Positions 9,690 through 19,897 of a DNA stretch of 64,000 bases are shown here, one piece after another; position 1 is the stretch's first letter, and each line of letters starts with the position of its first letter. The stretch spans positions 384,001 to 448,000 of the forward strand of contig OY970393.1 in assembly GCA_963720465.1 (NCBI GenBank). Reading direction: 5' to 3'. Both the position numbers and the translations under genes were made by a program. A model generated the notes under the pieces. It saw only the letters and a list, made by a program, of their open reading frames with translations, searched no databases and was not told where the DNA came from. The DNA is from Methanobacteriota archaeon (GTDB taxonomy: Archaea; Halobacteriota; Bog-38; Methanoflorentales; Methanoflorentaceae).

Positions 9690-9845
9690 CGTCGTAATGA
9701 CGTAGCCCCGCTGCTTAGCAAACTTGCGAAGATCTGAACGAACAAAATAGCAACAGCACCGTGATCGATATCTTCTATTTCTGTGTCCACATTCGGAAGC
9801 TTTCAAGAGTGACAATACGTTCTTTGTCTTCACTGCCGTCACAAA
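9690..9845 (-). pseudogene. Second integrase remnant
   Basis: FVRSDLRKFAKQRG matches FVTSDLRKFAEQHG at ~2330-2370, and the flanking DNA is alignable. Confidence 0.6.
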
Positions 9846-10008
9846 GAGTTTCTAGAACCCAGCGAATCGCTTCCAAATGTTTCTACTCGCTATGGAGGCC
9901 TGAGCACCTTTCATCCTGCGACTCTTAGAAACTTTCTCGGCGGCAATCTGGTTTACCCTGAAAAGGGTATCAACGTTGAGCCGCCGAGACCAGCAACGGC
10001 AAAACGGT

Positions 10009-10914
10009 TCATAGAAAAAGCTCGCGCAGATTGATTTTGAATTCCCCCATTTTTCCGCCGTAGTTACCTGCGGAAATTCTGGCCACACCATCGACGTTAA
10101 AGGTAGCTTCAATTCCTCTTTTCATCGCTTCTCTAACTGCGTCAAGAGAGGTTCCGTTAATCACTATTTCGGGAATATATCGAACGCCCTCTGGAACCTT
10201 GGAGACCAACCTGTGCTTAAGCGAAGGACAAAATGGATCATTTGTGGTTGGACCTATCAATGGAAAATGGGTTTCAGGCTTTGAACCTGCGGCACACACA
10301 TCGAAAGGGGTCACCACACCCGTTACGCGGTGGATGGCACGCAGGGCCTTCTCTCCGGCTTTTCTTAGAGCCTCTTTTGTTTCGCACATGACCCAGAAAT
10401 TCGCGCCCATCACACCGTGAGCGTACCCTAGACGTTTTTCTATGATGAAATCTGGGACCATAAGTGGCACAACAACAACGCTTCTGCCAAAGCGTTTTTC
10501 CACCCATTCATATCCGTCACCACAATGTCCAATCCGCTCCATCATGTCCATCTCACCCTCTGCGTCCGCTAGCGCATCGAAGACCGCGGTGAAGGGTTTA
10601 ACAAGTATGTCTTGGCGAATCCTGTAAGAAAGTTCAGCCTCAAACTTCTTTAATGAAGCGGTCAACGCTTTCTTCTCGTCTAAACCCGCCCAGAACTGCA
10701 GGACAGCGCCCTTGCGCTTATCTGGAGTCGAATTTTCGTCAAGCAACTTCTCAACGCCGCCCTCTACTCTGCCGATCACAACTGAAGGCGTTGCCGTTGA
10801 GTCTTCAGCTGCACTGCGCAAAGTTGCGTCGTCGTCGGCTGTAATTATGACTCGGCAAAAAATACCTGCAAATGCCTCGGCATAAGTGTCTTCAATTTCA
10901 ACATTGAACGCCAT
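10009..10914 (-). CDS. ftr: Formylmethanofuran:tetrahydromethanopterin formyltransferase
   Basis: [32 protein letters not shown] and ISAGNYGG motifs. Confidence 0.93.
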   Translation of the reverse strand: MAFNVEIEDTYAEAFAGIFCRVIITADDDATLRSAAEDSTATPSVVIGRVEGGVEKLLDENSTPDKRKGAVLQFWAGLDEKKALTASLKKFEAELSYRIRQDILVKPFTAVFDALADAEGEMDMMERIGHCGDGYEWVEKRFGRSVVVVPLMVPDFIIEKRLGYAHGVMGANFWVMCETKEALRKAGEKALRAIHRVTGVVTPFDVCAAGSKPETHFPLIGPTTNDPFCPSLKHRLVSKVPEGVRYIPEIVINGTSLDAVREAMKRGIEATFNVDGVARISAGNYGGKMGEFKINLRELFL

Positions 10915-11377
10915 TTCTCATCCGAGCCTCCCAACAGATTCTCCTCTGACCTTTTGTCTTAATTCGCTGCTTTCTTTCACGGGTGATTCCTTATTCTCAG
11001 CGGTGACTATTTGAAGCTTGGGTAACTCGTGAGGATGCAACTGGAAGATTCGAGAGCAGAGCGTGACTGATCGCGCTAAGCGCAAGAGACACGCGACCTT
11101 GACGAACGCCGATGCAAGGTCTATTGATTTGCACGTATGCTGGAAACATCAGCGATTATTGCTGTACTCAAGCAGGTTTCGAGGCCGTGGACGTTTGGTT
11201 AATGAGCTGCAACTGTTCATAGAGCACAACGCACATCTTTCCCGTATCTCACATAGCATCTTATAGGTGTTCGGGCAATGTGTGGCGATAATCGCTCCAC
11301 TTTACACCTCTTACCGTGTAACTGAGAACGTACGCTTGACTCGGTTTGCGGCCATAGTCCATGCTTAAAGCACGACT

Positions 11378-12305
11378 AAAGCAAAAAAAGAAGCCAGGTC
11401 ATCCCTGGCTCAAATGGAATTCGATTTTAGCTTTTGCGACTGCCCTGGATAATGATTGGCCTATTAAAAGGTCGCTCGTAAGCGATGATCGTTTACAGAT
11501 CACTGAGATAAGGACACTCGCCTTTTTTCTTCTATCTGTTCACTCTCTGTGGTTTGCAGGCAAGACCTACAGCTGAGATCGACTGTAGGTACTCGCCGTC
11601 GTTTACAGCAGGGCTGTGCCACGATGTGCTGTCATCGCTCGTAGACTTACTTAGCTTTTCGCGATTGCTGTTGCGTTGCCCCAGGCCACGGCAGGGCTAG
11701 TGTTGATGTCTTTGATGACGACGTTGCTGTTGACAGCAGTGTTGCTCTGGCTGGGTTGGATCCTGTCTGACGTACTTGGAGCGACTGGTAAGAGCAGCCG
11801 ACCGACGGTGTTATTGTCGCCAGTAACTGATTGGGTGTTTGTCTGGGTGATTGTCTGCGTGGTTGCAGCTGCTTGGCTGTTTCCACTCGCGCTCGCGGCC
11901 GCGCCACCCTTGGCAGCGACTGCGGCTGCAGGCGTAACGACTGCTGGCATTGCCTTGTAGACTGGCTTCCAGACGGGCATCGCCCAGACTGCTTTAACTT
12001 CACAGCACTGCGTGACGACGCAGCACGCGACTGTTGGACAGCAGCATGTCGTGGGGCAGCAGCTGCTGCAGCACGTTGAGGTCACGCAGCTCGTGCACTG
12101 AGCACATACCGTCGCTGCACTAGTGCTTGACGTGACCTTGGCGGCGCACTGGGCTGAAACTGTGCCCGTCGCTGCAAGTGCCACAAAAGCGAGCACTAAT
12201 AGAGAAACGATAACTTTTTTCATGATTCATCTCCTTGTTAGGTAACTAAATTTTTGACTAACGTTTTTTCACTGGAGCAGATTCTTATAAGGCTTTTTCG
12301 ATTTT
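11378..12305 (-). repeat. Copy B of the duplicated unit
   Basis: Similar to 6757-7677. Confidence 0.9.
11651..12223 (-). CDS. Secreted Cys-rich protein, copy B
   Basis: Near-identical paralog of 7034-7597 (15 Cys); indels preserve the frame. Confidence 0.85.
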   Translation of the reverse strand: MKKVIVSLLVLAFVALAATGTVSAQCAAKVTSSTSAATVCAQCTSCVTSTCCSSCCPTTCCCPTVACCVVTQCCEVKAVWAMPVWKPVYKAMPAVVTPAAAVAAKGGAAASASGNSQAAATTQTITQTNTQSVTGDNNTVGRLLLPVAPSTSDRIQPSQSNTAVNSNVVIKDINTSPAVAWGNATAIAKS

Positions 12306-12920
12306 GACTCATTCAGCGGCCTTGCGGGATTCTGAACTCCCAGAGCACTCGCTCGCTCTTGAGAGAAACTACAAATCACCCTTGGATAAAACCTAGAAGA
12401 AACACGAAGAACCGCGCTCAAAAGGTGGATTAAGAAAGGGACAACAAATTGGGAACACGAACTCTCTTGCGAAATTCGTGCAAAATTGAGGTGTATAAGG
12501 TTATTGAAAGAGCGCCTATGTTGAGAACAGAATTATAGGAAGATTCGCAAGTAACGAAGAACCCGCAAGCTAAACGACCCGTTATTAGCGCAGAGGCTAA
12601 TTTATGAGCCTGACCCATAAGAAACGTACGTTGAAAACGCTGGATTATCGCCACAAAAAGCCCAATCGGCTGGCCTTATGTGGCAGGATAGGGGCTTCAG
12701 TCTTTTTGATCGGGCTGTTTTCTTTCGCTTATATTCAAAAACTCCCGAATGGCACTCAACATCTGTCAAAATTCTTATTTTAGCAAGCGTTATAATTGAA
12801 CCGTGTAATTTCTTCTTAGCGGCCCTCGATTTGGCGCTTTCGCTCAGTCGAACTTGATTCGTCTCTTTTGGTGAATGTTTGATTAGAGTTCATATGCCAC
12901 GATATCGGAACAATAAATCG

Positions 12921-12927
12921 TTTATAT
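12921..12927 (+). promoter_or_regulatory. TATA box upstream of the candidate ncRNA
   Basis: TTTATAT with an A-rich BRE-like stretch upstream, ~25 nt before the first hairpin. Confidence 0.5.
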
Positions 12928-12944
12928 CAACCAACTCTTTGTTC

Positions 12945-13620
12945 CCCCGCGCTGGCACTGAGATTCAAGGAATCAGTGCCAAAGAAAAGCCTTTCGAAAG
13001 AATACGAGTGGACAGAATAAGGAGGGACAGTCGGTAAAAGCCCACAATGACCTGTCACGACGTCGCGAATACGACGCACCATGCAAGCGGAGACAACTGG
13101 CCCAGGGATTGACGAAAAAAAAAGATGGACCCCCATCTAACCACCCTTGAAATTGAAACTGCTAAAAACCTGTGCGACTCATTCAATAGGATTGAGGGGG
13201 GGCTGAGAAAGGTTAGCCGCATCATCGCACGGCCCCCGCTTCCGAATCGACGACGTGGAGCTTCAGGGGGCCGTCTCTGGTACTCCTTGACGAAGCTGCA
13301 CAGGTGAAGAGCTCCTCCACTCGGTGAGGTCCGCGCTCGCTGTTTCACAGGGGTTTGATCCTTCTCACCACGCAACAAGGCAAACAGAGCACATTTTGCC
13401 ACGGGTGGAACCAAGAACCGTACTCGAACAAGGTCAAATGATCGCGGACTAATCCCCCCGCAGCAGTCAACGATCCCCATCTTGTGTCTCGTGACGTATG
13501 ACCTGAGCCAGGAACTGATCCACTATCTCAGTCAACCGAGCATCGATTGTAGCTACGGTCGGGATTTGATATGAACGTGGCAATCCTTCGGTAAGTTCCT
13601 AGCGGGTCACCTCTTTTTTC
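12945..13620 (+). ncRNA. Candidate large structured ncRNA (~670 nt), family unassigned
   Basis: No credible ORF; more than 15 helices including a nested long-range series; G-U pairs and a cUUCGg loop favour the plus strand; T-tract at 13614-13619. Confidence 0.65.
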
Positions 13621-13739
13621 GATTTTCTTTGCTAGCTCCTAACGAAAAGAACTAAGAAAACTAATTATTGTATAAGAAAAGGGCCCCTTTGAGTCTTCTA
13701 AATTGCAATTAGAAGATCGACAGGCAAGCCGTTTGTGCG

Positions 13740-13898
13740 CTATTCCTTCGATTCCCCGCACTTTCCTCCATCTTCCGTTTCTGCATCGTTTGTTTTGCTT
13801 GTTTGACCGATCCGAAATACGCGCCAGAGATAGCTCACAATAGCGGCGATCACGGCTACTGCGGCAACGGCTAGGGCTACTGTGATTCGTTTTCTCAT
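13740..13898 (-). CDS. 52-aa small single-pass membrane protein
   Basis: MRKRITVALAVAAVAVIAAIVSYLWRVFRIG...; GAGG upstream; converges on the candidate ncRNA. Confidence 0.55.
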   Translation of the reverse strand: MRKRITVALAVAAVAVIAAIVSYLWRVFRIGQTSKTNDAETEDGGKCGESKE

Positions 13899-14315
13899 TA
13901 CTTCGTTTCCTCTTCTACACTTTTCTTCGTTGTGCTAGTCGTACCGTTCGACTTCGAAATCCAAAAGAAATTACAGCTTCATACCTTTGGCGGTGGCAAT
14001 TTTGGCCTACGAATCCGTCGTCTTTGGGGGCTTCTCGTCTACGCGTGCCGCGACGTCCGAGATCGAAACGATCCCCCAGGGGTTGGAGACGGGTAGCTTT
14101 ATCGGACTCTCGACGGTTGCACAGACTGCGGACCGCTTGAGGGTGTTCATTTTACGACCTGGAGTGAAACTGAGCGGCCATCGTCTCGCCTTTTTTCCAA
14201 TCCTAATCATTGACGCCTTCGGAAGTTGAATCCTGAGACGTGCGCTACATTTTCCAAATTTGCAAGCATTTGTGTCGCTCGTTTAGCTGGCACGCGGTGC
14301 GTCGACGCAGTCTCG

Positions 14316-14555
14316 TTACGTATCTGAGAGTTCAGCGCCAACGACGGTGTGGGTGATTGTAACCCCTTGCACATCGCGGATCACGTCTACCGTCTTGCTG
14401 AGGAGGGGCAGGCCATCGACTTCAATGATCACCAAGAAATCATACTCCCCAAACACATGATGCAGTTCTCTAATCCCAGGGATCTCGCCGAGTTTGTCAA
14501 AAACGCGTCGCTCCTGGCCAGGAACCACGTTTACTAATGTGACTCCGACTACCAT
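14316..14555 (-). CDS. Lrp/AsnC ligand-binding domain protein
   Basis: VFGEYDFLV and IRDVQGVTITHT; stand-alone RAM domain. Confidence 0.88.
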   Translation of the reverse strand: MVVGVTLVNVVPGQERRVFDKLGEIPGIRELHHVFGEYDFLVIIEVDGLPLLSKTVDVIRDVQGVTITHTVVGAELSDT

Positions 14556-14875
14556 AGGTTCTTTGATCTAAAGATGGGGTGCGTCTATTTAGAGCTAACT
14601 CGCAAAAAAAGGCGGGGTTTAGGTCGGTCGTTGCGAAAGCGAAGTGCTTTGCATCCTCTGGCCTCGGTGCGAGGGGCCGTTTTTTGAGCCGGACCGGCCA
14701 AACTGATGCCATATCTTTGCTGTGCAATATTCGAGTGCGCGCGGCGATAGCTCGATCAAATAGCCATGAGCGTTTAATACAAGGCGTGTTTCACCTGGTT
14801 GCGTACAAACAGGCGCATCGATATTTGGAGGCTCCACATTTTTTTTCGGTCACCTTGTCTTTGGTCGTTTGTCTA

Positions 14876-15835
14876 TCAGGTTAACCTTGACAGATTGTAA
14901 ATCTTCGCGAGCTTCGGCAGGTCGTTCACCACGTACACAAAAGCCATCCACGCCCACTTGCCCCAGCGGCCACGCACGGCTTGTGCCACCGCGTCGATTT
15001 CTTGTCTGGGGTGTTTGGGTTTGCGTCCGAGCAAAAGCTCGCTCATGATGACCACGCTCCACACGTCAAGCGGGACGGAGCCTTGACCAACGATCAGACC
15101 TGCCGAGTACGCGCCAATGCCTGGGATTTCCATCACATTTTTTACAGCTTCTGTCTCGGGCTGTCGGTCTAGCTCTCTTAGTGACATCGGATGTTCCATT
15201 AGATAGCGCGCCGCCTTAACCAGCCGCTCCGCTCGGTAGCCGAGCTTCGCTTCTCGCCTCAGCTCGGTGGGGTCTCGCTTAGCGATATTGGAAGGTCTTG
15301 GCCAGAGGACGACTTCACGACCATCGAAAGCAATGTTCGTTCCGTATCGATCGAGTAGTCTTGCCATCATGTCTTGGCTTCGTTTGAGCGGGGCCATCTG
15401 GAGGGTTGTAGCAAGAATCACCCGACCGAACAAGTCATCTAGCCGTCCAACGCGCATACCGTAGAGGTCTTGAACTGCGATTGAGAGCACCTCGTCATTG
15501 TGGGCGAATGCGTAAAAAGCGCTAAGGTCTTCGTTCTCACCCAGTCCGATTCTGATCGACGTCTGCAGCGCAGCTTCTTCGTTGTTAGTGAGATGCGATT
15601 GAACGTAAACGCTTACGATTACACTCTCGTTGACTGCGGACAGTTTCAATCCGACCGGCTTGCCATTTAGATAGGTGCCGCTCCACAGCGTACCGTCTCT
15701 AAAAACTTCTCTCGGAGTTGACCAATGCCAGCCAGCCGGTTTAGCGACGGTGAGCGAAAAATCAAACGGCTCAGGCGTAACGATTTCAAACTGGCCGGAC
15801 GCGTGGTAACTGCGGGGCTTATTCATGGTTTCCAC
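14876..15835 (-). CDS. HhH-GPD DNA glycosylase (AlkA/Ogg-like)
   Basis: KLGYRAE, HhH motif EIPGIGAYSA, PLDVW and WGKWA. Confidence 0.8.
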   Translation of the reverse strand: METMNKPRSYHASGQFEIVTPEPFDFSLTVAKPAGWHWSTPREVFRDGTLWSGTYLNGKPVGLKLSAVNESVIVSVYVQSHLTNNEEAALQTSIRIGLGENEDLSAFYAFAHNDEVLSIAVQDLYGMRVGRLDDLFGRVILATTLQMAPLKRSQDMMARLLDRYGTNIAFDGREVVLWPRPSNIAKRDPTELRREAKLGYRAERLVKAARYLMEHPMSLRELDRQPETEAVKNVMEIPGIGAYSAGLIVGQGSVPLDVWSVVIMSELLLGRKPKHPRQEIDAVAQAVRGRWGKWAWMAFVYVVNDLPKLAKIYNLSRLT

Positions 15836-16053
15836 TTGGCACCTAGGCAGGCCTGCTAATTATGCGTAATACGTGGTTTTGTGTTTTGCTTGTTGGACCG
15901 AGTGATTGCTGCTCGGCGCCCCAAGCGATATGCATAAACCCTTGACAGCGCGGTATGCGCCAAAGAAGGCGGTGGTCGCTTAGCACGTTGAATCCTCGTA
16001 ATGAAAGGCGTGTGGCTTAGAGCTGGGTCGAACTGTTTGGGTGAAGATCCGCG

Positions 16054-16467
16054 TCACGTGTAGTAGACTGTGAGATAAATGATAATGCCGAGGGCGAAGG
16101 CGACCAGCCATACCCCTAGAGCAGTCCGCATGGCGTCCTTGCGTTTGACGACGGGCCGGATGACGTGTTCGACTTCTAGGTTAACGTAGATGAAGATCGC
16201 GATCAGCACAAGCCCCAAAATGTGATGGACGAGGAGCTCAGGATACAGGAATGGAATCGGCGGAATGTTTGAAACGTATCCGAGTAGCGAAGGCAGCATC
16301 ACTACCAATATCGCAATGATTTGGACGACGACGGCTCCTCGTACGATTGTGCAATGTCGTTTTACCCTTCCCCTGCGCGCAAGATAAACGGCACCTAGGA
16401 TGAGCGCGATAAGCACGAGCTGAACAACCAGGTTCGCTGTGGCCAATGTTCGTATATCAATTGCCAT
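16054..16467 (-). CDS. Four-TM membrane protein (DUF420-like)
   Basis: Four hydrophobic helices with conserved-type His residues (KRHC, VHHILG). Confidence 0.65.
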   Translation of the reverse strand: MAIDIRTLATANLVVQLVLIALILGAVYLARRGRVKRHCTIVRGAVVVQIIAILVVMLPSLLGYVSNIPPIPFLYPELLVHHILGLVLIAIFIYVNLEVEHVIRPVVKRKDAMRTALGVWLVAFALGIIIYLTVYYT

Positions 16468-16660
16468 ATAGCCCCTCGCTATTCTCTCCTATCCTCTATG
16501 AAAGCGTTGCGTTTCGACATTTCGTAGAACTTGCAGACGGCCAAATGCTATCGCAAGCTGGACATATGCCCAGCAACGTCGGTGCGACGATGCAGCGGGC
16601 AAACTTCATTAAACGAATGATGCATAAAAGCTGCCAGACTGTCTGTGGGAGAAAGAGAAA

Positions 16661-17050
16661 ATGAAAAAACACCATTTTAGTGCTTGTTGTGATAGCGGGT
16701 GCGACAGTTATGATTGCAGGATGCACATCGTCCTCAAATCCGAGCCCCGGTCCGGTTACTAGCACTGTTACTAGCACTATTACTAGCACCGCGAGCCAGA
16801 ATTCAATCGCTATCCAGAATGACGCATTCAACCCGTCGACCTCACGATTCAAAAAGGGGCGAATGAGACGTGGAAAAATTATGATTCGGTCCAGCATATG
16901 ATTATTTCGGATTCATCGGCGTTTTCATCGCCACTTCTTAATACCGGTGCCACTTACACATATCAGTTTAACAACTCAAGGTCGTTCCCCTACTATTGCA
17001 GCATACATCCCTTTATGAAAGGAACGATCGTAGTCAAATTATACGATTGA
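16661..17050 (+). pseudogene. Cupredoxin (plastocyanin/azurin-like) lipoprotein, two frameshifts
   Basis: Lipobox IAGC; IQNDAFNPST, then in a shifted frame TWKNYDSVQH...FPYYCSIHPFMKGTIVV (type-1 Cu ligands). A 2-nt loss in the leader relative to 8876. Confidence 0.8.
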
Positions 17051-17509
17051 CGAAGAGGACTTTCTTCAAACGAAAATCGATCGATTGTGGTCACGTTCTG
17101 TAAAGCAAGCAGTAAACGGAACGGAAACATTTCACAAGACAGTTTGTGCCCTCTTTCGACTTGTGACACTTACGAAAAAGGCCTAAGGCTAAGTGATGCA
17201 CTAAGTGTTCTTTCGAAGCTAACCAAAGTGACTGTGGTCGCAAGAAGTCGTCTGGCAGACATCTGAGCGCTTAGAAAAAAGCGTTGTGAGTTCAGAGCGA
17301 CTGCGTGGCCTACGTAAAAGAAGGTAATACATCGTGTCAAAAAGGCGAAATTCGCTGTCGAATGATCAAGCTCCAGATTCGTTGGTCAGCAGTTTTATTC
17401 AGGCACTGCACGACTACTTTAATCCGCTCCTTCAAGTGATAGAAGAACTTCAGAGCGATGCCAAGAAGAACCGCAAAAAGTGAGCTAAGTCAGCGGAGGT
17501 TCACGAATG

Positions 17510-18328
17510 CTACACTTCCAGGCGATCGAGCCACTCGTTGACTAAGCAGTTAAACACAGTCTCCTGCTCGACTTCCAGGCCGTGCCCGGCCCTATCCAAG
17601 ATAGCAACTGTCCCGCGGGAGTAATTCGCAGCGATTTTTAGTGAGTCACGATACCCCACTGATGCGTCTTGGCGGCCAACAAGGATAAGGGAAGGCCGGT
17701 CGAAGGGATGCGAAAGCTCATCGATGTCGAAGGAAAAACTGTACCCGCGGTTTTCAAATCGCTCAAGAAACGCCTTATCTTTTGCGTTCATCCCTGGAAT
17801 AATATCCTGCGTGAAGCGATCCCATCGCGGTTTATCCTGCACCACAAGCACACGCTCAAACAATTTTTTCTGGTCGTTAGGTGCGATGCTAGCTAAGAAC
17901 GATTCATCCCTGACGAACACACGTCGGGGGGGCAGATCGCGCCGATTTCGCTCAGCTACGACAACAGGACAGATAAGGAGGACTCCTTTGAGGCGTTCGG
18001 GTATGGAACGGACCAAGCCGCGGGCCAGGTACCCTCCGTAAGATTCGCCTGCCACCAGGAACTGGTCGTTAGGAATAACGTTTTCACAAAACTTTAAGAT
18101 AACGTCCAGCATCTGATCTGCACCGTTCAACCAGCGAGGAGCGCGCGTGCGCCCCATGCCCGGTAAATCTAAATAGATGCGTTTCCATCCAGCGCGATTT
18201 GCGAAGATCGGTTCCAAGCAGCCGGTCATCACGTGGTGATCGATGCCAAACCCGTGGATCGCTAGCACTGGGTTGCCCTCGCCATGCGTCTCGTAGTAAA
18301 TGTGCAGATCGCCCATTTCGCATATCAT
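17510..18328 (-). CDS. Alpha/beta hydrolase
   Basis: IHGF, DLPGMG, nucleophile GESYGG, GRQD and AGH. Start reassigned to MICEMG. Confidence 0.9.
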   Translation of the reverse strand: MICEMGDLHIYYETHGEGNPVLAIHGFGIDHHVMTGCLEPIFANRAGWKRIYLDLPGMGRTRAPRWLNGADQMLDVILKFCENVIPNDQFLVAGESYGGYLARGLVRSIPERLKGVLLICPVVVAERNRRDLPPRRVFVRDESFLASIAPNDQKKLFERVLVVQDKPRWDRFTQDIIPGMNAKDKAFLERFENRGYSFSFDIDELSHPFDRPSLILVGRQDASVGYRDSLKIAANYSRGTVAILDRAGHGLEVEQETVFNCLVNEWLDRLEV

Positions 18329-19437
18329 GGATATGAAGAGAGGGGACGAGGTAAAAAAGATGGCGCCGTTTTTTGACACAGTTGACGAGGTTTCCGTCAC
18401 CTTCAAATGGCGGCGCGCTTAGACATCATCGAGGAACCGCGAGCGCACTATCGAACGGCCGCTCCGCGCTATGCCATTCTGCGAGGCCTTTTGATGCCTG
18501 AAGTGGTGTACGCACCTCAGGAACGTCCACTAGAGAGAAGGTCCGATGGGACTCTCTAAATATGATGAAGAACATATACACTAGCAGACGACCGTAACGG
18601 CCTCGCAGCTTTAGTATTCACTTTTGCTGTCTTGAATTGCTGTTGGGAGGCGGTGCCGCATGGCTCCAAAATGAGGTAGTCACGCTCTGTGCGAGACACG
18701 CGGCCTTCAGTGCCTTTTCCCAACTGTTTTTCCCAAGCACGAGGTACTATTTTAACTTGTTGGATTAGTGGCAGCAGCTCTACAGCAACTCAGCGCTGGC
18801 ACCCTTTCAACGCTTAGCCAAAATATGCCGCTAGGTTGTCCCTATCCATTTGACCCACCCAGCTTTGAGCTCTCATGGACTTCGGAGATATCAGCCTGCG
18901 CAAAATCTAATCTGGTTTGCTGACCTCGCGCCTGCGGTTCGAACGTCACCGTGGAATAATGACCTTGGGGCCAGTCAGCGCCTCGCCATTATTGCACGAT
19001 TTTGTCTGGGATCACGATCGTTCCGGAGGCCTATGTATCGAAGGCACTCCCCCCACTTCGCTACGTATCACCGCCGCGAATGCGTAAACTCTGAGTGCTT
19101 CTTGGAATCTATAGGGGCCTCATAGACCTTTTGAAGAGTTACCTTAAGCAAAACCGATTGATGAAAGGTTTTGGTTCTCATTTGCATCACCATTTCGCGA
19201 AGGCGTGCTGATACTCTTTACTCAGCACGCCTTTTCAGTTCGAACGTACTGACATGACTCTGCTGTTTGTGTTTTGAATTCAAGAGATGACAGGTTTGCA
19301 GACGGAACAACCACAAATTGATGCTGTCGCGGAGAGAGCCCCGTTTAGGCTTAGCTGGCGCTTGTTCTCTCCAATGCGCGAAGCTATATATGACATAGGC
19401 ATACAGATACGTGTTCAAGCAAAAAGGAGGTGACGGC

Positions 19438-19692
19438 GTGTATAGAGCAAACACAAGAAACAATTTCGGCGGCGGCTACAAGAGCTACGATAGCAAACCA
19501 AAGAGTGCTCCCGTAGATGTCGGAAAGCAATACGACGTAAAAATCGAGGATATTGCAAAACAGGGCGATGGGATAGCTCGCATTAGTGGATTCGTGATTT
19601 TCGTGCCACACACCAAGATCGGTGACGAAGTTAAGATTGAAATCAAGGCTGTGAAGCGCAACTTCGCTTTTGCTGAAGTAGTCGAAGAGTAA
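19438..19692 (+). CDS. Single TRAM-domain RNA-binding protein
   Basis: PVDVGKQYDVKIEDIAKQGDGIARISGFVIFVP; GGAGGTGA 4 nt before GTG. Confidence 0.93.
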   Translation: MYRANTRNNFGGGYKSYDSKPKSAPVDVGKQYDVKIEDIAKQGDGIARISGFVIFVPHTKIGDEVKIEIKAVKRNFAFAEVVEE

Positions 19693-19897
19693 CCAAGCTA
19701 GTTTGAGTTACGGATTGAACTGAATTGATGGATTAACTGCATTATTGTGGGAAGTTGCGCTGCGCACCTTGACTAATATGTTGTTCTTCCATCTACCTTT
19801 TTGATTAACTGGTGCATTTAGAGCACGTTTGAGTCCAGTGCGTTTCTGCATGCCTGCTCAAAAAACGCGCCTTTTTTGAAGCACATTTTTCAAGTGT

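Noticed and set aside
13190-13460. RNase P RNA (loose look-alikes GGUCCGCGCUC, GGUGGAAC, GAACAAGGUCAAAU and G/C runs)
   Set aside because: Lacks GAGGAAAGUCC, the bulged-U P4 and the ACAGAA of CR-V. The resemblance may be chance; cmscan would settle it.
12927-13480. ORFs 12927-13136, 13055-13480 and 13125-13307
   Set aside because: No recognisable motifs or SD, and atypical composition; better explained by RNA structure.
13172-13610. Group II intron (GTGCG at 13172; GTACGGTTC on the minus strand)
   Set aside because: No proper domain V with an AGC/CGC triad, no RT ORF and no interrupted gene.
18400-19400. Long intergenic stretch with scattered stems (e.g. gttggga/tcccaac at ~18642-18724)
   Set aside because: Too few consistent helices and no riboswitch consensus recognised; probably decayed sequence.
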